The position numbers and the translations under genes were made by a program. Below, piece by piece: positions 1 through 7,878 of a DNA stretch of 31,238 bases. The notes under the pieces were generated by a model. That model did not search any database and was not told where the DNA came from. It worked only from the letters and a program-made list of their open reading frames with translations. Numbering within the stretch: position 1 is the first letter of the stretch; each line of letters opens with the position of its first letter. The DNA is from a virus (taxonomy: Duplodnaviria > Caudoviricetes), in the IMG/VR virus record IMGVR_UViG_3300037310_000072, positions 1-31,238 of that record; one strand, 5' to 3'.

Positions 1-172
1 GATCCTGCGTCGCCACGCCGATGACGAGTTCGTCCGTGAGGTGGCGCAGGGCCTGCGCGGGCGTGGCGGCGCGGATCAGGCGCGTGGAGTGCACCACGTC
101 GGTGGGGCCTTCGCGCTTGGGGGTGATGGCGTAGATGCGAGTTGCGGTGGTCTTGGTGGCGGGCTGGTTCAC
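1..172 (-). CDS. Small phage hypothetical protein, truncated by window edge
   Basis: Not in ORF track. GTG at 172 overlaps the YqaJ stop (GTGA) and reads MNQPATKTTATRIYAITPKREGPTDVVHSTRLIRAATPAQALRHLTDELVIGVATQD open to the edge. Confidence 0.7.
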   Translation of the reverse strand, partial: MNQPATKTTATRIYAITPKREGPTDVVHSTRLIRAATPAQALRHLTDELVIGVATQD

Positions 173-783
173 TTGCTTCCTTGTCGTGCGGCCTTGGTGC
201 GGATGACTTCGAGCATGGCCTGCACTTCTTGCTCGAAGGTCAGCAGCGCTCCCGCGAGCGTTGCAATGTAGGAGTCGTTCCTCGGCACGCGCTCGATGTA
301 GAGGCGATAGGGCTCGGCGGCGCGAGGCTCATATGAGACATACCACCAGTGCGATCGGCCCGTGATCCACAGGTAGCCCTGCACCTGCGCGACGTGCTCT
401 GCCGGCATGCCTTCAAGCCACGTTTGCACGCTGACCGACTCGTCCATCGGGCACTTGACCTCAACACCGCTGTCTCGACCAACCAACCTGTCCGGCGATC
501 CAGCGACGAACGGATAGCGCGGGTGTCGTATGAGGCCGGCGCGTTCGCACACCAAACCAGTCTCAAGCTCGAACGCGGCGACCGCGTAGTCCTCGACCTC
601 TCGCCCCCACGTCAACGACCTGCCGTTAACTTCGTGCATCGGCGTGCCTGAAAGGCGCTCGAAGACAACTTCGCGGGCCAGCTTTTGACGGGCGGCCTTC
701 GTGCCAAGCACGTCTCGAAAACGCGAGCATGTCAGCAGCCCGCTCCTGGCCTGCCTCCACTCGTCAGTGCGCTGCTCAACCAT
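169..783 (-). CDS. YqaJ/lambda-exonuclease family recombination nuclease
   Basis: QRTDEWRQAR...TCSRF, WGREVE, GSPDRLV...EVKCP, QVQG motifs. Start moved to ATG 783 (MVEQRT). Confidence 0.92.
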   Translation of the reverse strand: MVEQRTDEWRQARSGLLTCSRFRDVLGTKAARQKLAREVVFERLSGTPMHEVNGRSLTWGREVEDYAVAAFELETGLVCERAGLIRHPRYPFVAGSPDRLVGRDSGVEVKCPMDESVSVQTWLEGMPAEHVAQVQGYLWITGRSHWWYVSYEPRAAEPYRLYIERVPRNDSYIATLAGALLTFEQEVQAMLEVIRTKAARQGSK

Positions 784-1381
784 GAATCGCCTTCGTTGCC
801 TTGCGGTGCCGATTCCACGCGCAGTGGTACGAGACGCCGAGCGCATCGGCGTATTCCTTCATCGATAGTTCTCGGCCCCCGAAGATGACCCTGACGTTCG
901 TGCGGCGGTTGTTGCTCTGCTCGACGCGCGTACCCCAATAGCAGTTGGTTGGCTCGTAGTCGCCGTTGTTGTCGGAACGTTCTACAGAGTGCTCGCCGCT
1001 TGGGCGCGGCCCCATGTCGGCCAGGAACGCCATGAAGTCGGAGTCCCAGCGAGCGCAAACCTTGATGCCGCGCCCGCCGTAGTTGGCGTAGTCCTTGGAC
1101 CGCTTGTTGTTGCAGCGGGATCGCAGCCCGATCCAAACCATGTACTCCGGCGATCTGCTGTGGCCGTGAGTAGTAAGCGATGCGCGCCCGCGCTCCTTCG
1201 TGATGCAACCGCAAGACATGGTTTTCAGCGCGCGGAGCAGCGTTCCGTTGACGGAGGCAGTGCCGCCGCAATCGCATTGGCAGAGCCAATGCGCGTGTGG
1301 ATTTCCTTCCCTGACCTCTCCGCGGCCAACCACCAAAAGTCGTCCGGAACGAAAACCAATCATGTCTTTTACGCGCGGCAT
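776..1381 (-). CDS. Free-standing HNH-type homing endonuclease
   Basis: WLCQCDCG...SCGC N-terminal module, YGGRGIKVC, SVERSDNNGDYEPTNCYW...QSNNRR nuclease motif. Confidence 0.85.
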   Translation of the reverse strand: MPRVKDMIGFRSGRLLVVGRGEVREGNPHAHWLCQCDCGGTASVNGTLLRALKTMSCGCITKERGRASLTTHGHSRSPEYMVWIGLRSRCNNKRSKDYANYGGRGIKVCARWDSDFMAFLADMGPRPSGEHSVERSDNNGDYEPTNCYWGTRVEQSNNRRTNVRVIFGGRELSMKEYADALGVSYHCAWNRHRKATKAIHG

Positions 1382-1409
1382 CTCGTTTTTCCTCGTTCAG
1401 TCCCCACCC

Positions 1410-2105
1410 TCACAGCCCCGCCTCCGGCCGAAACGCGGAATGCTGGTTCGATCGCCGCCAGAACAGCGCCTCGTCACCTCGCATCAGCGACAGGTGCGCC
1501 ACCACGTCATCGGTCGGCGTCATCGCGCCCGCCCACGAACCGCTGTAGTACGCGATCGGATGCAGGCACAGCGCGCACAGCACGCGCATCGTGCCGTTGA
1601 CGTTGTGCAGCGCGACGGTTGGCTTCAGGCGACGGAACAGGTACGTGACGCCGCTGCGCTTGCTCGACTCCAGAAACATGCCGGTCAGCAGGTACTGCTT
1701 GAACTGGCGATGGCGCACCAGCCCGGCCAGCAGATCGAGCGCGGCGCTTTCCTGCTCGATGCCCCACGCATCGGCGCAGCCGAGCGTGCGAAGATCGTGC
1801 GTGAGATGGTGGATCGCCGGCACCTTGCCATGAGTGATGCGTCCGTCGTGCTCCTCGAACACCACAATGTCGCAGCGCTTGGCGGTGGACATGAACTCGT
1901 TGCGCACGCGGAACGTCGGCGGCCCATCCGGTTCCTGCTCCGCGCTGATCGCCATGAGGCCGTCGGCCTTGGGATAGGTCGGCTCGACAACAAGGCGCTC
2001 GCCCTCAAGCGGCATCGGGATGCCGGCCCAATCCGACCTGTCGGCAGCGACGCGACGCAGCGCGTTGCGCAGCCCCGCATGCGTGTCGCACGCCTCCAGG
2101 AGCAC
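1410..2105 (-). CDS. Uncharacterised phage protein with LCxHP...D motif (candidate Cys/His enzyme)
   Basis: Start re-called at GTG 2105, 7 nt after GGAGGA. C-terminal LCALCLHPIAYY...PTDDVVAHLSLMRGDEALFWRRSN. Confidence 0.75.
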   Translation of the reverse strand: MLLEACDTHAGLRNALRRVAADRSDWAGIPMPLEGERLVVEPTYPKADGLMAISAEQEPDGPPTFRVRNEFMSTAKRCDIVVFEEHDGRITHGKVPAIHHLTHDLRTLGCADAWGIEQESAALDLLAGLVRHRQFKQYLLTGMFLESSKRSGVTYLFRRLKPTVALHNVNGTMRVLCALCLHPIAYYSGSWAGAMTPTDDVVAHLSLMRGDEALFWRRSNQHSAFRPEAGL

Positions 2106-2109
2106 GCGC

Positions 2110-2553
2110 TTATCCTCCGGCGCTGCGCGCCACCGCGACGGCGCGGACGGACTCGGCTTTGACGGACTTCTTGCCGGGAGGGCGGCCTCGCCGCTTCGGC
2201 GCATCTGTCGCAGCACTTCCTTGCGCAGCGTCCGCTTGAGCTTCTGCTTGTTCTTGGGCACGGGCGAACTCCTGGATGTTGTCGGCCTGCTGCGCCAGCA
2301 GTGGGTCGAAGTCGGCGATGATGTACTCGCAATGGTTCTCGTCGAAGTCGATCGCGCGCGTGAACTTCTTGACGCCATCGACTTCGACCTCGATCAGCAG
2401 CGCGTAGCCGCGGCGGATCATGTCCTTGACGATGCGCGCGGCGCGGATTCGCTCGGCCGGGTTGTTCGGGTCGAACGACAGTTTGGTGTCGCCGACGCCG
2501 ACGTTGAGGATTCCAACTTGGCCGACGCCGGTGGTGTTGAGGCGCTTGTTCAT
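2110..2553 (-). CDS. Uncharacterised protein ending in Gly-Gly, with AT-hook-like insert
   Basis: ATG 2553 overlaps the upstream stop (ATGA). GDTKLSFDPNNPAE...RRGY N-domain, PKRRGRPPGKK, C-terminus AVAVARSAGG*. Confidence 0.8.
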   Translation of the reverse strand: MNKRLNTTGVGQVGILNVGVGDTKLSFDPNNPAERIRAARIVKDMIRRGYALLIEVEVDGVKKFTRAIDFDENHCEYIIADFDPLLAQQADNIQEFARAQEQAEAQADAAQGSAATDAPKRRGRPPGKKSVKAESVRAVAVARSAGG

Positions 2554-3044
2554 GGTCGGTCCCCAATCACGAACCATGTGATTCCAAAGCCATACTCGCG
2601 AGCCGCAGGCACCTTCATGACTCTTGGCGCGTCGCCGGCTGGCATGCGGTGGTACTCGTTACGTTCGTAGCCAGGGACAAGCGTTTCAACCCACACCGGG
2701 ACATCGCCGTGCTCGGCAAGAGCGGCCTGAGCGGCGCGGATCAACTCAGACAGCCTCAATGGCGTCATGCGGTCGTCAGTGGTGCCATACGGCACCCCGT
2801 CGTCCTCGAAGTCGCGACGCAAAAACTCCAGCTCACTGCGCAAGTCAGCGCCAAGCCGCTCGACGTTCACGCGCTGCTCCACCATCGCAACGATGTGCTC
2901 GGCAAGCCGCTGACGCATCTTGGCCTCGACTTGGCGCAGCGCCTCCTGAATCACTGGCTCGGCCGCCGCCAGCATGGACGCATTCAGGCGCTCCTTGAGA
3001 ATGCGAACCGAGTCCTCGGAGTTGAAGTTGAACATCGTGCTCAC
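2550..3044 (-). CDS. Hypothetical protein
   Basis: GTGA and ATGA overlaps with both neighbours; helical N-terminal half. Confidence 0.7.
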   Translation of the reverse strand: MSTMFNFNSEDSVRILKERLNASMLAAAEPVIQEALRQVEAKMRQRLAEHIVAMVEQRVNVERLGADLRSELEFLRRDFEDDGVPYGTTDDRMTPLRLSELIRAAQAALAEHGDVPVWVETLVPGYERNEYHRMPAGDAPRVMKVPAAREYGFGITWFVIGDRP

Positions 3045-3952
3045 GCCGGCAACTCCGGCTGCTGCTTCGCCGCCCGCCCCTCATCGGCCTTCTTGCCGAT
3101 CTCCCCGATGCGGTCGCGCTCGGGGATGCCGATGGCGATGCGATCCTCCTTCGAGAGCCGACCCCAGGCCGCGACCACTGCATCGAAGCCTTGCCCGCGC
3201 GCGATCAGCTCCAGGTCGGCGATCTGGCTGGCGTGCTTGTCGGTGCGCTCGACCTTGGGCGCAGCCGCCGCGGCCACCTGCGCGCCGCTGGCGTTGGGCG
3301 GCAGGGCGCTGTTCTCGATGCGCTGGTACATCAGCACTTCCTCGGTCTGCGGGATGCCGCGCAGAACGTCGGTGAACACGTCGCGCAGCGCGAACGCGCG
3401 GGCGCGCAACTGGCGCATGCGCTTGGGGTACTGCGTGTGCGGCCCCTGCTTGCTGTGCAGGCCGGCGGTCTTCTGGTCCTCGATCGAGAAGGTGCGCACC
3501 TGCTCGGGCTCGCCGCGGCGCTTGGCGCGGCAGCGCGCGGTGCCATGCTCATCCCAATCTTCGAGCACGTACTCGCAGTGCGGGCTGTTGCGCACCAGCG
3601 CGAGCTGGGCGTCGCCCCACAGGGACGGGCGGCCGTTGATGGTGCTGATGTTCTGCATCGACTGCAACGGCTTGAGGCCGATTTCGGCGCCCCACTGGAT
3701 CGCAACCAGCACGTTTCCGGGCTTGCCCTGGTACTCCTTGGGCACCATGTCGCTGTTGGCGAGGTAGTCGCACAGGCGCAGCGCCTCGTCGAGCGAGCGG
3801 GGCGAGAAGTCGTTGGCCGGCGCCGCGACCAGCGGATGCGGCGTGAGCACGGTCAGCTCGTGGGCGTCGATGTCCACGGCGGGCGCGATGGCGGTCCGCG
3901 CCGGCTGGGGCTCGACCACAGGGCCGGCGGCGGTTGGGGTTTGCTCGTTCAT
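3041..3952 (-). CDS. recT: RecT-like single-strand annealing protein
   Basis: VPKEYQGKPGNVLVAIQWGAEIGLKPLQSMQNISTINGRPSLWGD...YPKRMRQLRARAFALRDVFTDVLRG. ATG 3952 preceded by GAAGGA. Confidence 0.85.
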   Translation of the reverse strand: MNEQTPTAAGPVVEPQPARTAIAPAVDIDAHELTVLTPHPLVAAPANDFSPRSLDEALRLCDYLANSDMVPKEYQGKPGNVLVAIQWGAEIGLKPLQSMQNISTINGRPSLWGDAQLALVRNSPHCEYVLEDWDEHGTARCRAKRRGEPEQVRTFSIEDQKTAGLHSKQGPHTQYPKRMRQLRARAFALRDVFTDVLRGIPQTEEVLMYQRIENSALPPNASGAQVAAAAAPKVERTDKHASQIADLELIARGQGFDAVVAAWGRLSKEDRIAIGIPERDRIGEIGKKADEGRAAKQQPELPA

Positions 3953-4188
3953 GCTTTCGTTCCTTCGGTGGTGGTGGTGACTGGTTGATCCTCGAACACG
4001 AGGCGGGCGATGCGGCAGGCGCCGTATCGCTCCATCGCGGCGGCGCGCTTCATGGCTTGATCGCGCGTGGCTGTGCGCGTGGGCGTCTCGTACACGAGCG
4101 GGCCGCCCGGGTCGGTCCCCAAGCGCGGGTGCGGCTTGTCGTTCTGGCAGACGACGACCCAAATCTCGGGCTGCTTGCGCTCGCTCAT
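3949..4188 (-). CDS. Hypothetical protein (79 aa)
   Basis: MSERKQPEIWVVVC...; ATGA overlaps at both ends. Confidence 0.7.
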   Translation of the reverse strand: MSERKQPEIWVVVCQNDKPHPRLGTDPGGPLVYETPTRTATRDQAMKRAAAMERYGACRIARLVFEDQPVTTTTEGTKA

Positions 4189-5291
4189 GCCGCGATCTCC
4201 TCGTTGCTGCCGGTGGCGAGCGCGATGGCGATGCGCGCCTCTCTCTTGCTGTCCTCCCACGCCGACGCGCCGTTGCCATGCTCGACGTTGAAAAGCAGTT
4301 TTCGCAGCGCTTCCAGCAGTGCCGGCGCCGCGTCGTGCAGCCGCTGCCGCGCCACGTCGGCCTTGCGCTCCTCGGCCTCCATCTCGGCGGCGATGCGCGC
4401 CTTCTCGATGCGCCACGCCTCTTCGCGCTGGCGCTTGGCCTCGGCCTCCAGCCGCTCCTGTTCGGCGCGCTGGGCGCGCTCCTGGGCGGCCAAGCGCTCG
4501 GCTTCTTCGCGTTGCGCGCGCTCACGCGCCTCGACTTCCAAGCGTCGAGCGTGGTGCTCGTCATTGAGGCGCTGCTGTTCACGCGCCATGCGCTCGCGTT
4601 CGGCGGCCTGTTCGGCTTCCTGCTGCGCGCGGGCAGCACGGTCGCGCTCGGCGGCTTCGGCACGCAGCCGGGCCAGCTCCTCGCGCTCGGCGGCCAGCCG
4701 CGCGGCCTCGGCCTCGCGCGCCACCGCGGCGCGGTGCAGCTCGCGCAACAGGCCCAGCGTCTCCTTGCGCGCCGCCTCGGCCTGCTCGACGAACTCGTGA
4801 AAGGCCGCGGCATCGATCGTGAAGTTGGCGACCAGCGTGATGTGCTCCTCGATCTTGGCCGGCGAGGCTGTCGTGGCCTCGGGCGGGATGCGGCGCAGCG
4901 CGGCGATGGCGTCCTGGATCGCCTGCATGCGCGCGGCTTCCTCAGCCGCCTTGCGCTGGCGTTCTGCCTCGCGCGCTTCTTCCTGCGCGCGCACCTGGGC
5001 GTCGATCGGCTTCTCCAGCTTCTCGATCTCGGCGGTGATGCGTGCGGCCTCGCTGTCGATGCGGCGGCTGTACTCCAGCGCCGGGGCTTTCAGCATCTTC
5101 CGCTTGGCTTCGAGCCCGGTGCGCAGGCTCACCAGCTCCTTGCGCGCGGCGCGTGCGTCCTGCTCGCCCTCGCGTGTCGTCACGTCGAAGATCACGCCGC
5201 CGAAGCGCTGGCGCAGCTCGGCCAAGGCCGCTTCCGTGTCGGTGTACTCGCGGATCGCGCCTTGCGCAGTCGCCGCGTCGATGGTTTCCAT
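4185..5291 (-). CDS. Long coiled-coil protein of phage recombination modules (DUF1351-like)
   Basis: METIDAA...FDVTTREGEQDARAARKELVSLRTGLEAKRKMLKAP, then Ala/Glu/Arg-rich coiled coil; upstream of recT. Confidence 0.7.
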   Translation of the reverse strand: METIDAATAQGAIREYTDTEAALAELRQRFGGVIFDVTTREGEQDARAARKELVSLRTGLEAKRKMLKAPALEYSRRIDSEAARITAEIEKLEKPIDAQVRAQEEAREAERQRKAAEEAARMQAIQDAIAALRRIPPEATTASPAKIEEHITLVANFTIDAAAFHEFVEQAEAARKETLGLLRELHRAAVAREAEAARLAAEREELARLRAEAAERDRAARAQQEAEQAAERERMAREQQRLNDEHHARRLEVEARERAQREEAERLAAQERAQRAEQERLEAEAKRQREEAWRIEKARIAAEMEAEERKADVARQRLHDAAPALLEALRKLLFNVEHGNGASAWEDSKREARIAIALATGSNEEIAA

Positions 5292-5293
5292 GC

Positions 5294-5839
5294 TCACCCT
5301 TTCGCGGTTACCCGCTCCCACAGCCGATCCAGGATGTCCACCTGCCTGGGCGTCGGCGCGCGCCCATCGGTGAGCTGCTTGCGCAGCGATTCGCAGAAGC
5401 GTTGCTCCCACTCGTTCATGCGCGACTCGCGGTGTTCGCAATCGTCGAGCATGGTGATGTACTCCCAGGTGGTCATTCGTCGTTCCTTCCGCGCGCTTCC
5501 CATGCCGCATCGCTGCGCGCCTCGTCCTTGCGGCGGCGCCGCCTCTCGTGGCGACGACACCACGGGCGCTTCCATGTCGAGTTTGGTGCGGTCGTACATT
5601 CCCACGCGCTCCGCAATGCGCATCATCTGGTGCGGCTTCCCCCGCTTCTCCAGAAAGATCAGCGCGCCCGCACAGTGCAGCGATTTGTCCTTGGGCTTGT
5701 AGCAGCCCTCGCCACTCAGATCGCAGGTTTTGTGGCAGGCGAACTCGCCAGTCGCGTGGCGCACCAGCGAGGCCCAGGTAAAGCCGCTGCCCTTGAGGTA
5801 CGGGCAGGCGTCGCAAGGCTTCGTCATCGAGTAGTTCAT
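5294..5839 (-). CDS. Cys-rich putative metal-binding protein, in frame with a second small protein (internal start 5476)
   Basis: PCDACPY...FACHKT...HCAGALIFL; internal GGAAGGA-spaced ATG at 5476 (MTTWEYITMLDDC...LWERVTAKG). Confidence 0.65.
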   Translation of the reverse strand: MNYSMTKPCDACPYLKGSGFTWASLVRHATGEFACHKTCDLSGEGCYKPKDKSLHCAGALIFLEKRGKPHQMMRIAERVGMYDRTKLDMEAPVVSSPREAAPPQGRGAQRCGMGSARKERRMTTWEYITMLDDCEHRESRMNEWEQRFCESLRKQLTDGRAPTPRQVDILDRLWERVTAKG

Positions 5840-6048
5840 CTCAGTCTCCCAAGCAGCCCCGCCAGCGCCAGCGAGCCGTACAGCGCCACGGTCGCGGCGA
5901 TCTCGTGCCACCAGCGCCGGCCCAGGCGGATGCGCGACGGCCGGTAGCCGATGACGCGCCCGCTTGGCGTGGTGATGCTGCCGGCCCAATCGGCGCCGCG
6001 GAACGCTTCGGACGTGGTGCGCGGATGGCGCTTCACGGTGTTGTTCAC
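5836..6048 (-). CDS. Small membrane-anchored phage protein
   Basis: GTG 6048 (GTGA overlap); KRHPRTTSEAF and hydrophobic C-terminus. Confidence 0.65.
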   Translation of the reverse strand: MNNTVKRHPRTTSEAFRGADWAGSITTPSGRVIGYRPSRIRLGRRWWHEIAATVALYGSLALAGLLGRLR

Positions 6049-6296
6049 GGCAACACCTCCCACGGAACAGTGCGGTTCGCGGCGAACCACAACGTCGCGC
6101 CGATGGCGACGATCGCCACCAGGAACCACGCCACGTCGGCGATGCGCGCGCGTAGCGTCGGCTCGACGTAGGTGATCGGGCTGCGCATGGGCCGGTCGTC
6201 GTCCGTGTAGTAGTCGTGCCACTCGTTGTCGGGATCGACCTCGGGCAAGTCATCCTCGCGCGGCGGCTCGGGGAACTGGATCAGCTTGGCGGTCAT
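6045..6296 (-). CDS. Small membrane protein with acidic N-terminus
   Basis: GAGGAGG RBS; C-terminal TM segment VAWFLVAIVAIGATLWFAA. Confidence 0.75.
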   Translation of the reverse strand: MTAKLIQFPEPPREDDLPEVDPDNEWHDYYTDDDRPMRSPITYVEPTLRARIADVAWFLVAIVAIGATLWFAANRTVPWEVLP

Positions 6297-6305
6297 CGCG
6301 CCTCC

Positions 6306-6713
6306 TCAGTCAGTGCAGCACCAGTTGCGCGGCGTTCGCGCGTCGGTATGCCTCATCGGCTGCCGCGCGCGCGGCCTCGTACTGCGTACGCGCGTCATCG
6401 AGCGTGGTGGCGCACGCGCGGGCCTCTGCCGTCGCGGCGTTCCTTTCGCCCTGACGTGCTCGGCGGCGGCCTCGTACGGGCTGGCGAAGTCGCGCACGGC
6501 CGCCGCGCGCTGGAGCGTGAGGCGGTCGCACAGGTCGCTCGCGGCCTGCCGGTCAGCGTCGTCCTTGAGGCGCCCGCCGAGCGCGCGCAGGATCAGCGCC
6601 GCGTCCTTGGGGAACACGCGGAACACCCAGGCGGGAGAGAACACGGCCTCGGCGTTGGGCTCGCGAGGCTCGCGGCTGCCCGCGACTGCTTGAATGTCTA
6701 GTGGCGCGACCAT
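6306..6713 (-). CDS. Hypothetical protein, probable frameshift near 6445
   Basis: LILRALGGRLKDDADRQAASDLCDRLTLQRA looks coding. After about 6445 the protein-like frame is the one ending at 6310 (ATAEARACATTLDDARTQYEAARAAADEAYRR). Start uncertain. Confidence 0.45.
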   Translation of the reverse strand: MVAPLDIQAVAGSREPREPNAEAVFSPAWVFRVFPKDAALILRALGGRLKDDADRQAASDLCDRLTLQRAAAVRDFASPYEAAAEHVRAKGTPRRQRPARAPPRSMTRVRSTRPRARQPMRHTDARTPRNWCCTD

Positions 6714-7021
6714 GACTGGCCTCCATCGTGAGAGTGCAGGCCCGAGGCGATGGCGCGCGGGTCCATGCGGTTGCCGCCCATCGCTTCGGCGCGCAGCACG
6801 GCGCGCCGCATGGCGGGCGAGTTGGACAGGGCGCGGTAGGCGCACAGGTCGCTGACGCCCTCGCGGTCAGCGTCGAGCCAGCCGGTGAACGTCACGCCGC
6901 CTTGGCGGCCGATCAGCACCTTGACAGTGCCGGCGCCGAGCGCCGCTTCCAGCCGCGCCAGCGCCGTGCGCTGGGCGGCCTTCTGCTGCTCGGTGAGTGT
7001 GGGTTGTGTGAGGCAGGGCAC
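6698..7021 (-). CDS. Small AAA-module-associated protein (MPC...HSHDGG)
   Basis: AGGAGG RBS before GTG 7021; third gene of the ATPase cluster. Confidence 0.75.
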   Translation of the reverse strand: MPCLTQPTLTEQQKAAQRTALARLEAALGAGTVKVLIGRQGGVTFTGWLDADREGVSDLCAYRALSNSPAMRRAVLRAEAMGGNRMDPRAIASGLHSHDGGQSWSRH

Positions 7022-7030
7022 GGCAGCCTC

Positions 7031-7870
7031 CTACAGTTCAAACGCCGGCACCACGGCCGACGGCAGCTCGCGCGGCGGGAGCGTCACATCGGCGGCCGGC
7101 GGATCGAACTCGATCGCGCGGCCGGCCTGCTCCTGACCGGCCTCCCCGGCGCGCGCGTCTTCGATGTCCAGCACCGCGAAGCGCGCGGCTTCGAGCGCTT
7201 CGAGCTTCACCTGGTCCACCACGGCCGCGGCACTCTCGCCGGCCTCGACGGCGCGCAGCAGCTCGCGGGCGATCTTGCGCGACTGCTCGATCGCCTTGCC
7301 GACCTTGGCCTGCACGTCGCCGGACAGTACGCCGCTCATGGCGCGCGCCTTCGAGGCCGCGTTGCGGATCGCCTCGGGGTCAGCGGCCTTGACGCCGGCC
7401 TCCATCGCGCCCAGCAGCTCGCGAACCTCGGCGTTGATGGCCCGCATCGCCTCGGCGTCGTCGGAGCTGACGCGGCCGGTGAGGATGTAAACCTCGATGT
7501 TCGAGTGCTGGGCCGTGGCATTGAAGTCGTTCGCCATGCGGCGCGCCTTCGCCACGGCCTCGGCCAGACTCGATTCGCAGCCTTGGGGGCACAGCAGGCC
7601 AACGGCTGTCTCGCAGCACTCGCGGGCGACGATCGAGCGCGCCTGCGAGCGCACCTTCTGCGCGCGGTCGAACTCGTCCGCATCCGTCACGATGCGCGTC
7701 GTCTCCCACTTGGCGCGCGTGGTGGCCTCGCCCTCTTGGATGGGGTGCGCCGCCTCGATGTCCTGCTTGTCGTAGCGCACGCCGCCGCGCACGCGCACGG
7801 ACAGCGACACCAGCAGGCCCGGGCGGATGGTGGTGGTCTGGAAAGCGTTGGGAACGGTGGTGATCGTCAT
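7031..7870 (-). CDS. Uncharacterised AAA-associated protein (possibly DUF3150-like)
   Basis: ATG 7870 with GAGGA RBS immediately after the ATPase stop; mixed alpha/beta N-half and helical C-half. Confidence 0.75.
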   Translation of the reverse strand: MTITTVPNAFQTTTIRPGLLVSLSVRVRGGVRYDKQDIEAAHPIQEGEATTRAKWETTRIVTDADEFDRAQKVRSQARSIVARECCETAVGLLCPQGCESSLAEAVAKARRMANDFNATAQHSNIEVYILTGRVSSDDAEAMRAINAEVRELLGAMEAGVKAADPEAIRNAASKARAMSGVLSGDVQAKVGKAIEQSRKIARELLRAVEAGESAAAVVDQVKLEALEAARFAVLDIEDARAGEAGQEQAGRAIEFDPPAADVTLPPRELPSAVVPAFEL

Positions 7871-7878
7871 GATGGTCC

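Noticed and set aside
2106-2378. N-terminal extension of the 322-aa ORF
   Set aside because: Overlaps the Gly-Gly gene out of frame; GTG 2105 has a better RBS.
3953-4813. N-terminal 290 aa of the 590-aa ORF
   Set aside because: Arg/Pro-rich off-frame reading of two upstream genes; RecT starts at 3952.
4185-4900. TolA-like or repeat-protein call
   Set aside because: Low-complexity coiled coil only; no TM anchor and no exact DNA repeats.
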